A DNA stretch of 63,818 nt, counting the filler, from Octopus bimaculoides (Eukaryota), in the NCBI RefSeq assembly GCF_001194135.2. It is 5 parts of 5 records of this genome, joined end to end, with 100 filler letters (N's around TTAATTAATTAA, not from the genome) between each part and the next. Parts side by side here need not be neighbours in the genome. Positions count along the whole stretch, not along the records: positions 1 to 26,789 come from NC_068985.1; 4 more parts are not named here. One strand, 5' to 3'. Below are positions 1 to 11,136 of the stretch, one piece after another (the stretch's first letter is position 1; each line of letters begins with the position of its first letter). Below the pieces are notes generated by a model, which saw only the letters and a list, made by a program, of their open reading frames with translations, was not told where the DNA came from and made no database searches. Position numbers and translations under genes: made by a program.

Positions 1-199
1 TTAGGACGAGTCAAGGTCAGGGTAGTGTCCGAAGAACTGTTGCTACCCGTGTCGAGTGACCACTGGCCCGACATATTCATTGCAGGAGGTTCTAAAGGCT
101 CAATGTAGGGTGACCTTTGCTCTAAAGAAGACAAGCGCTTAGTACCAGCCATAATTCGTTTTAGGCGGTCAATGGCCAGGATGATCTTTTTCTGATGGC
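1..199 (-). CDS. Caskin: Caskin exon: end of SAM2 and start of tail, (G)HQKKIILAIDRLKRIMAGTKRLSSLEQRSPYIEP...; runs off the window edge
   Basis: Acceptor cttttcatttcag|GC CAT CAG AAA AAG, phase 1, completes GHQKK with the exon at 3493-3631; frame is open to position 1. Confidence 0.93.
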
Positions 200-3100
200 C
201 TGAAATGAAAAGAAGGAAAAAATCAGTTGTGGTTACTTCAGAAACATTGGTTACAGAAAAAAAAAAAAAATGCTTTAACCCTTTAGCATCAGATTATTCT
301 GCTAAACGTAATGTTTATTTATTTACATTCATCATCATCATTTAAAGTCCACCTTCCATACTGGCATATATCAGCATCATCATTTAACGTCTACTTTCCA
401 TGCTGGCATGGGTTGGCCGGTTTGGTTGAGGACTGGCCAGCCAGGAGGCTGCACCAGGCTCCAATCTGATCTGGCAATGTTTTTACAGCTGGATGCCCTT
501 CCTAATGCCAACCACTCCGAGAGTATAGTGTGTACTTTTTACATGCCACCGGCACAGTGGGGCCCAATCAGGCGACACTGGCATCGACCACGTTCGAATG
601 GTGCTTTTTACGTGCCTGAATTAATCATACATCGATTCGCAGCTTTGAAATTTTGATGATATGATTGTAAGTTTCTAGAATGACATTGTAGGGTAGGTGT
701 GAGAGGCTGGATATGGCCAGTTTAAATCTAAAACAGAATATTTGAGCCTGATGGGCTGGTTTAAATGCTTAAGGGTTAAATGGGGTGAAAATTGTCCCAT
801 GATATATTGTTCTGGGATAACATAGAGGTTATTCTATGAAAGCACATGTAGTATTACACAAGGGGTGCTGTAAAGTTCTTGGCTTCAAGGTTATCACGAA
901 AGGACTGTTTGGGGGCCGAACTGTCTGAGTTCTATTTACAAGGCTTAAAAAAACTGAAGGATCGCTGCAATAAGTGTGAATATATGTTGAATAAAATCAT
1001 AATTAACTGATCTATTTTCTTTTACCCAAACCCAGAAATTATTCAGCACCCCCTCATGTATGTATGTATATACGCACACATACACGGGGTTACTGGAAAG
1101 TTCCTGGTGTTAATGGTATCATAAAAGGCCTGGTTGGAGGCCCAACCTTCCAAGTTCTTTTACAGGGTTTAGAAAAACTGAAGGACCGCTGCAATAAGTG
1201 TGTGAATCTGAGAAGGGAATATGTTGAAAGAAACCATAATTAACTGTTCCTCCTGTATTTTCTTTTACCCAAAGCCCAGAAACTTTTTAGCACCCCTACA
1301 CCCACCCCGTATATCAAGTTAGAGTTGGGCTCACTTGCTCTAGTAATTACTGACCACTTATTCCTCTCATTATATGGGGCCTGGTAAAGTAGAATGCTAA
1401 GCTTAGTTTCTGTCTTTTATATGCCAGAATAAAGAAAAATACATATGCGGCCCCACCATTTCTGCCCCTTTCCACCATGTCTTCTTTTCAGCTGGGAAGC
1501 CATCCATATATTCATCTCTTCAGCATGACCCCTGTTTTCGTCCCTTCATCATATTTCACATTATTCAATACTACACTCTACTCAGTTGAGGAATCTTGTC
1601 TTGAGAGTACAAGGTAGCCTCACTAGTGCTAGTGCCACGAAAAATTTACCAAACACACAGAGTAAGGTGGTTGGTGTTAATAAGGGCATCCAGCTATAGA
1701 AACGATGCCAAAACAGACATCGTAGTCCCCTGGCATGCCAGCTCCTGTCAAACTGTCCAACCCATGCCAGTATGGAAAAAAAGGGATGCTAATTGATGAT
1801 GGCAACATTGCAAATAGGAGATGTCAATTGCTTCATGTGAACAAGTCTACCAAGTAATAATATGCAATCAATTCAAAGCCAAGAGCGAAATGAAATAGAG
1901 ACAATAAAAAAACTGCAAGTCTTTCAATGATGTGTGGGAGACACATCATCATCATCATTTAACATCGGTTGTCCATGCTGGCATGGGCTGGCAAGCTGGG
2001 GAGCTGCACCAGACTCCAGTCTGATTTGGCATAGTTTCTATGACTGGATGCCCTTCTTAATGCCAAATCAATAAAAAGTGGAGAATCCTCAAGATTGAAA
2101 ACAAAGAGTGTTAGGCTGTTGTTAAATAATTAAAACTGCTTTTTTTAACTCTATCTCTTTCCCCCTCTTCCTTTTCTTACTGAGGTAGCCAAGTATATTC
2201 CTCTATAGTAAGACTCCTATCTCTATCCCTCTCAGCCAGTACTAAGCCACTTCCCTCAATATCACCCACTTTCCTAGTTGAGGAGGGTCTTTGTTCTTGC
2301 AAGTACTTCATGACCCCACTGGTGCTGGTGCCACATAGAAAAAAGCACCAATGCTAGAGCTACATAGAAAGCACCCAGTACACCATGTAAAGTGGTTGGC
2401 ATTAGGAAGGGCATCCGGCCATAGAAACCAAACCAAACCAAACAATGGAGCCAGGGATGGTTCTATAGCTTGTCAGCTCCTGTTAAACTATCCAACTCGT
2501 GTCAGCATGGAAAACAATTGTTAAAGAATGGTACTGATATGATGACACTTTTGAACAATTTGGCAGCGCAGAGAGGACTCAATGTTTAGAAAAGAGAAAG
2601 GGTGGATATGTCTATATATTCACACTGCCTGTGAGAATGGTTACTTCGAAATATAAATGACCGGCCTATGACATTTGTTTGAGGTGTGGGTTGGCCGGTG
2701 CTAAGAACCTTCTGTAACATGATTTCTCTTTTGTTAACGTCATGGTAAAGTGATGCCTGCAGCGAGTTAAATCTCTCCAAGAATTGAGTCTTACAATCAA
2801 AAGATATTCTCAAGAGACAATGACGGTCAGTTTCCTCTCTAAGCATCGGCTATGACAAGTCACAAGAAGGAATTTCTATTTGAATTGTGGTGGTGGTGGA
2901 AACGGTGTGTGTGTGTGTGTGTGTGTGTATAGTTTGTCGTTGAACATATTTGTGTGTGTGTGTGTGTTTGTATGTATAAGTATGTGGGATCACGTGTATA
3001 GAGTTTGTTGGTGTTGGTATTACTGTGTATGTGTGTATCACTGTATTGGTATTACAGTCTGTGTGTGTTGGTAGTACAGTGTGGATTAGTATTACTGTGT

Positions 3101-6100
3101 GTATATTGGTGTTGATGTATGTGTGCATGCACATAGTATGGTTGTGACATGTTTATGTGTGTGTGCACATATACGTTTGTGCGTGCATGCATTTTGGTAT
3201 TGATGCGTATATGCAATTGGTGTTGCATGTGTGTACATGTTGGTATTGCTATGTATGCATGTCAGCATTGATATATACTTCCGCATGCATGTGCATATGC
3301 ATACATGCACCAAGACCAGGAAATAGTAGGAGTGGCAAGAATTATTCAAATGGTTACAGAAGCAGAATCGAAGAGACAGAGAGAACTAAGGTCAGGCAAG
3401 ACAAGACATCTTACCAGGAGCTATCAAAAACCAAACATCTGTAAACACAAAGAATCAAATCAAAGGCGGCGATGCCACAGCGAAAGACTTACCTAAGAGT
3501 TTAATACCAATCTCTTCAAGATCTTCCCAAGTAATCTCGGTAACCTGGTCGATTGTGGTATAACCCTGACTTAGCAATGTATCATGGTAGTAATCCAGAT
3601 TCAGCAGTTTTAACCACTGCAGTAGATCGTTCTGAAAATAGAGAATTTGGTAAAAGATGGAAGGTCATCGGATGAATGAGAAAATAAGCTGAGAGGTCAA
3701 GGAAGGAATATGACAGGTTAATGAATGAGAATAAGGTAGGAATGATAGAATAATCACTGCAGCAGATCATTCTGGGATAGAGAATTTGGTGAAAGATGGA
3801 AGGTCATCGGATGAATGAGAAAATAAGCTGAGTGATCAAGGAAGGAATATGATAGATTAATGAATGAAAATAATGAATGATAGAATAAAATAGTGGGTTA
3901 AGAGTAAAGGAATGAAAATAATGGGTTAAAAAGGAAAGAGAAAATATTAGATTAAAGGTGAAGGAACGATAATAATAGGTTAAAAGCAGGAGAATGAAAT
4001 GGATTAAAACTGAGGTAACAAAAATTGGTTAAAAGTGATGGAACGAAGAAAGAAATAATGAAATGAAACAATGCAAGTCACACAGTGAAAAGGGGTGAAG
4101 GTCATAGAATGAAAGTGAAAAGTTATGTAATGAAAAAAAAAACTCAAAAAAAAAGGAGGTAAAATAGGAAAAATTATGTAAAGAATAAAAGTAAAATGTT
4201 TTAAAATGGATGAAATATTGAAGTGATGTTGTTTAGCCCTAGGTTAAATCCTTCCAGCCACAATCTTTCCATCTATTTAAGGGCATCTAAGATTTCATAA
4301 TTTAACATGTTCTCTCTTTTTTTTTCTTTAGATGATAGGATGTGATTTCAGATGTGGTTGTGATTGCTATTTCTAGCAAGCTGGACAACCACATAGAGAC
4401 CCGCTTTTTGATTTTTTTTTTTTATACAGTAAAAATTTAAAAGTAATATTCAGAAATTTAAGTAGTCTGGGACTTAATAGGTTAAAGATTTGGAATTGAA
4501 AAATGATAACTAGATTTTAAGTAGGAAAAAAAATGTGATAAAACAAGATGAAGAGAAAATAGGGTTGCTAGGTGACTGATTAGGAAAAATACTCACAGGT
4601 TTGTAGTCAGGAATACCATCGTAGATGTTCATACGAGATATATCAGCTTTCAACCGTTTCCGATGACTTGGCTTGGTGATCCCAATGGCCGTGAGATCCT
4701 AGCAATGAGAAGAAGAGGAAGACGATAAAATAAGAAGAGAAGAAAAAAGAGACTGTTTTTGAAATACTGATGGAATGGTATGCAGCGATTTTTCTGCGTG
4801 TTGTGTTGGTGCACGTGTTGTCATTAACCCATTAGCGCCCATGGTCCAGTTTTTAGGACGAAATGGAAAATCCATCATATTTCTGCAACACCTGTATTTT
4901 CCTGAGATATTTTTAGTTAGTCATCAAGACTGGAGTGTCTTTCAAATATTGTAATTTTTTTTATATATATATTTAAAATCAGATAGTGGAGACGCAATGG
5001 TCCAGTGGTTAGGGCAGCAGACTCGTGGTCATAGGATCACGGTTTCGATTCCCAGACCAAACGTTCTGAGTGTTTATTGCGCGAAAACACCTAAAGCTCC
5101 ACGAGGCTCCGGCAGGGGATGGTGGCGAACTCTGCTGTACTCTTTCACCACAGCTTTCTCTCACTCTTACTTCCTGTTTCTGTTGTACCTGTAATTCAAA
5201 AGGCCAGCCATGTCATGCTGAATATCCCTGAGAACTACGTTAAGGCTACACGAATCTGTGGAGTGCTCAGCCACTTGCACGTTAATTTCACGAGCAGGCT
5301 GTTCCGTTGATCAGATCAACTGTAACCCTCGACATTGTAAGCGATGGAGTGCCAACAACAACATTAGAATCAGATAAAGTTGTATAGAAAAAGGATTTTG
5401 GTAATAAATTAAATAAAAAAAAAAGGGCACTAATGGGTTAAACTGCAAGCCAGCTCTGACTGGGCAGGCATTGAATCAAAGACATTCCAATAGTGACCAT
5501 CTCTACTTTTTATTTATACAGTATGCATGCAGGAACATGTTATCCAATGTGTTGTACAGTCCTCCTTTTAATATGGTAAGTTGTCATTTGAGGGAGGGAG
5601 ATGTGGCTGTTATTTTTAGCAGACTGAGTGATTGTTAGAGTGTGTGTGTAACAGAGATGTAAAGAGAGAGTGTATGTGTGTGTGTGTGTGTGTGTGTGAA
5701 AGAGAGAGAGAGAAAGAGATAATGGCAAAGTGACAAAAGGAGGGAGAGACAAATATGTAAACTGACAGAATGAGAATGTGAGAAAGAGATACAGAAGAGA
5801 AGAGGTGTGTGAGAGAGAGAGAGAGAGACAGATAGATATACATAGAGAGAATGTAAGAGCAAAAGGGAAATTTACAGAGATAGACAAGATGAGAGAAAGA
5901 GAGACTGAATGAGAAATATGTAAAGAGAATATTAACCCATTACCTACCAGTGATCTCATATGAGATCACTTAAAAATGACAAATTTCCTAATTATCTGTC
6001 AATATTTACACATATCTAACCTTTTTGCTATATCTATTAGGTATATTTCTCTGATATTCAAATGAAGTTTGCTAAATTTTCACCCAATATCTTGCTTATT

Positions 6101-6505
6101 TCTATTTAAAATGTTATTTCGATCATTCCAGCGTTTTTCTAAGGCTGTTTTATGCTAGAAATCAAAGTTTCATTTCATAAAAAAAAATTCCAGTTAAGAG
6201 AATTATGGGAGGTAATGGGTTAAGAGTCAGAGGACGATACAGGCAAACAGAATGAAAGAGAAAAATAATGAGAGAGAAAGAGATGAAAAAAAGAACAAAA
6301 AGAATTAAAAGAGACAAAAGGAATTTGAATCAAAGGGAGACAAACCAACTTACCTCCGGCGTCATTCGAGATATAGTCGGCATGTCGTAACCTGCCGATA
6401 CAAAATTATCGTAATAGCCTTCAAAACGAAGATCTCTTAACCAAGTTAGAAGAATCTCCGAATCCTGCAAATAGACAGACAAAAAGATACATTGGTAAAT
6501 GCATG

Positions 6506-6543
<38 letters not shown>

Positions 6544-8053
6544 AAGGATCAGATGGAGGGGGGAGTTGTGCTCAAGTGTGTAGTTGTATGTAACTGTGAA
6601 CTTGTATGTATGTGTTTATCAGTATGTGTGAATGTATGTTCGGGTCTATGTGTGTGAGTGTGTATCTACCTGTATAATTGAGTGGTGTGAGTGTGAGAGT
6701 GAGTATGTGAGTGTGTGTGTGTGTGTGTGTGTGAGAGTAAGTGAGAGTGTGTGTGAGTGCAGGAGAGTGTGTCTGAGTGTGTGAGAGAGTGTGTATGAGT
6801 GCATGAAAGTGTGAGAGTGTGTGTATGTGAGAGAGAGAGGAAGTGTGTGTGCATGTGAGTGTGCTTGTGTGAGAGAGTGTGTGTGTGTGTGTATGTGATG
6901 TCATGTGAATTATGTCAATGAAATTGTATGTGAGTGTACCTGTGTGTAAGAGTGTGCATGGTTAAGTAAGCGTGTTGTGAGTGAGAGTGTGTATGTGTGT
7001 AGTTGTGAGTTTGAGTGTAGTTATGAGTTTGAGTTTGTGCTTAATTGAGTGTCGCTATAGGTGTGCATGAAGTATGCGAATGTATGTTTATGAAATTGTG
7101 CGTGTGTATGTGTGTGTATGTGAGTTTGAGTAGGTAACAGTGTAATTATGTGAGTGTGTGTATCCACCTGTATAACTGAGTGCTGTGTGTTTGTGTATAT
7201 GTATGTGTGTGTGGTTGGGTGTATGTTGTAATTAGGAGTGTGCCAGTTAAGTGTGTCAGCGTAATCAGTAACTGTATTACATAATTGCTGTGAATTCTCC
7301 CCCCACCCGCTCCATAAATCACCACCAACACCGCCACCATCATAGCATTGGTTAATCACATTGTTAGCTTGTGGTGTTGAGTTCAGTTCCTTAAAGGAGA
7401 TGACGATGATGATGATGATGATGATGTGGAAGAGGAGGAGGAGGCAATGGTGGTTGGTGATGATGAAGGAGATGATGATGATGATGATGATGAGAGTGGG
7501 CAGGGCGGGGGCAGGAGGTAGTGAGGCTAGTTATGATATCCAACCAGTTGATCCTGTAAGGAAGCGGTGGGTATAGATAGAAGATTTATTGCTTTTAACA
7601 ACAACCACCACTACAGAAAACAAACTTAAAAAGAGAGAGGGAGAGAGAGAAAGTGGGAGAGAGAAGGACCCTTGAGGCCCCATGGATCGTTGTCATTCAG
7701 AGCAAAATGTAAATGTAACTAAGGTTTGAATAACACAGGTTAGTGTGAGTTAAGGGAAAAGGAAATATGGGATGAAGGAATAGGTTATTACTACATCTTC
7801 ATCATCATTATTATTATTATTATTACTATTATTATTATTAAGGTGGTAAGCTGGCGGAATTGTTAGCATGCCAGGCGAAATGCTTAGCGGTATTTCATCC
7901 TTCCTTATGTTCTGAGTTCAAATTCTGCCGAGGTCGACTTTGCCTTTTATCCTTTTGGGGTTGATACATTAAGTACCAGTGAAACACTGGCGTCGATGTA
8001 ATCAACTAGCTCCCTCCCACAAAATTTCAGGCCCTGTGCCTTTAGTAGAAAGG

Positions 8054-8094
<41 letters not shown>

Positions 8095-8922
8095 GGCAGC
8101 GAGCTGGTGGAACGGTTAGCACACTGGGCAAAATGCTTAGCGGTATTTCATCCATTGGCATGATCTGAGTTCAAATTCCACCAAGGTTGACTTTGCCTTT
8201 CGTCCATTCAGAGTCGATAACATAAGTACCAGTTATGCACTGGGGTCAATGTAATTAACTAGTCCCCTTCCCCAAAATTTCAGGCCTTATGCCTTAAATA
8301 AAAAGGGTTATTATTAAGGCGACAAGCTGGCAGAATCGTTAGCACACCAGGAAAAATGCTTAGCGGCATTACGTCGATCTTTACATTCTGAGTACAAATT
8401 CTGCTGAGGTCGACTTTGCCTTTCATCCTTTTGGGGCCGATAGATTAAGTACCAGTGGAATACTGGAGTCAATGTAGTCAATTAGCCCCCCCCCCCAAAT
8501 TTCAGGCCTTGTGCTTAAAGTAGAAAGGATCATTATTATTATTATTATGGTAGAAGAAGAAGAAGAAGAAGNNNNNNNNNNNNNNNNNNNNNNNNNNNNN
8601 NNNNNNNNNNNNNNNNNNNNNNNNNNNNNNNNNNNNNNNNNNNNNNNNNNNNNNNNNNNNNNNNNNNNNNNNNNNNNNNNNNNNNNNNNNNNNNNNNNNN
8701 NNNNNNNNNNNNNNNNNNNNNNNNNNNNNNNNNNNNNNNNNNNNNNNNNNNNNNNNNNNNNNNNNNNNNNNNNNNNNNNNNNNNNNNNNNNNNNNNNNNN
8801 NNNNNNNNNNNNNNNNNNNNNNNNNNNNNNNNNNNNNNNNNNNNNNNNNNNNNNNNNNNNNNNNNNNNNNNNNNNNNNNNNNNNNNNNNNNNNNNNNNNN
8901 NNNNNNNNNNNNNNNNNNNNNN

Positions 8923-8978
<56 letters not shown>

Positions 8979-9283
8979 TACAGTCAAAGTATAGCACACC
9001 GCTGCCACCACCACCACTGCTACCACGGTCATCATTAGATTGGCAGTCACAGTAATAAGATGCTGAGCAGTGTTATCTCCTGCAGACTCTGGATTGTTGG
9101 CATGGAGACAGCTGTTGCTATGGGTTGATGGGAGCGGTGGTGGCGATTGGTATGTTTAGGTTGATGGTATGAAATGCTGTGTTGACTTGACTACTACGCA
9201 TATATTGCAGGATGAGTGTGTGTGTGTGTGTGTAAGAATGCAAGTAAGAATATGTGAAAATGCACACACACACACACACATGC

Positions 9284-9336
<53 letters not shown>

Positions 9337-11082
9337 TGTATACTTTGTCACATTCTGGAAATGAGTAAGCAGGGTATTGTTACTGGTACATTGGTCAGTG
9401 ACACATCCTGCACTGGACAAGGATTAGAAAGAAACAAGGCACTTGGCCAGAATCAGAGAGACACACAGTACTGGACAAGGATTAAGGAGACATTCAGTTC
9501 TGGACAAAAAGTTAAGGAGACATAAAGTACTTGGCCAGGATTTGGGAGACAAAGCACTTGGCCAGGATTAAGAAGTCACAAGGCACTTGGCCAGGATTAG
9601 GGAGAAAATCTAGCACTGGACAAAGATTAGGGAAACATCTAGCATTGAATAAGAATTTGGGAGACAGCCAGCAATGGGGAATGATTAGGGAGACATCCAG
9701 CACTGGATAAGGATTAGGGAGACATCCAGCACTGGATAAGGATTAGGGAGACATCCAGCACTGGATAAGGATTAGGGAGACATCCAGCAATGGGCAAAAG
9801 TTAGGGAGACCACAATCATACAATAATGCTAATAAAGAAGCCGCTTAATTTTCTACAATTGGATGCCTTTCCTGACACCAACACTAAACTATTTCCATGT
9901 AAGGTTTTATTTCCCCTGGCCAGACATGGTTTACATGAAAGACTGGAAATGAACCACATCAATTGTATGACAGTAACACTCGTTTACAACCATCGTGTGA
10001 TGTCTAGACAAGGGTGTACACACACACACACAAATATATGCAACAGCATATTTCCATTTGTGGCTTAGTAAATAGGGTGCTTGCACTCATGTCTGTAAGA
10101 ACGTGACTTCGGTTCCTGGACCGGACGATGTATTCCTGAGCAAAACACTTCATTTCCTGGTACTCTACTCCACTCACCTGGTAGAAATGAGTAACCCTGC
10201 ACAGCTTGGCATCCTATCCAGGTGGGGAATATAATCGAAACAGCATCCAGGAAACTAGCCTCATGAGTGTACAGTCCAGGAAGGACCTTCAATCAATATT
10301 TCCATCTACCAAATCCTCCCACATGGTTTTGGTCAGCCTGGGGCTATAGTAGAAGTGGTACTGAACCCAAGACCTTATGGTTGGGAAGCAAGATTCTTAC
10401 CTTATAGCCACGCCTTGCATTATGGTTCTGGTTCTCTTCCAGGTCTGCTTTCATTATCCACCATGGGATTTATCAAAGACCACTCCTGAGTATATTACTG
10501 GTACAACCATGCAGCTGATCGTGTGATTAATCCTTTTCAAGAACACTGCTGTGATTTCTTAATTTCGGATATTCCAAAGTAGTTCCTTGTAAGCCCACAG
10601 TATATTACTGGTATAGCTTGCACTGATACACAGTTCAGTGTGTACTAGCTTTATCCTCGGGACTGTGTGGTATACCCTTGACTTAACTCATATTGCCAAT
10701 CAGTAATGTATCAATACCACAGATATGGAACAGTGAATATCGAAATAAGATAACTTTATTCACAGCAGTTACTTTGACAGCTGAACCAAGGCAAATGCTA
10801 CTGCACACACACACACATATACACACCCATAAGAGCATGTGTGTGTGTGTGTGTGTGTGTGTGTGGTACATAGCGTTGCAATTATACATGTAACTGAGTG
10901 TACATATTAACTTATATGTCTGTGTGTGCATCTGTACATACACATGCAAACATGTATACATCCACATTGATTATATATTAATATAGATATAATATATGCA
11001 TATATACCTAGTTATTCTGCAGCTAATGTGGATGCACAAACACACACACACAATCAATGTTATCTGCAGCAATGTGTGTATG

Positions 11083-11136
<54 letters not shown>

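Noticed and set aside
2586-2846. 86-aa minus-strand ORF in the Caskin intron
   Set aside because: No recognisable motif or convincing splice pair; the flanking exons already join to give an intact GHQKK.
4988-5060. tRNA-like A/B boxes here and at 27110-27188, 48051-48120 and 16320-16385
   Set aside because: They continue into a shared SINE body, so they are SINE heads rather than tRNA genes.
9403-9810. CRISPR-like appearance of the 29-bp array (and the 130-bp arrays)
   Set aside because: Units are contiguous with no unique spacers, there are no cas genes, and the context is eukaryotic.
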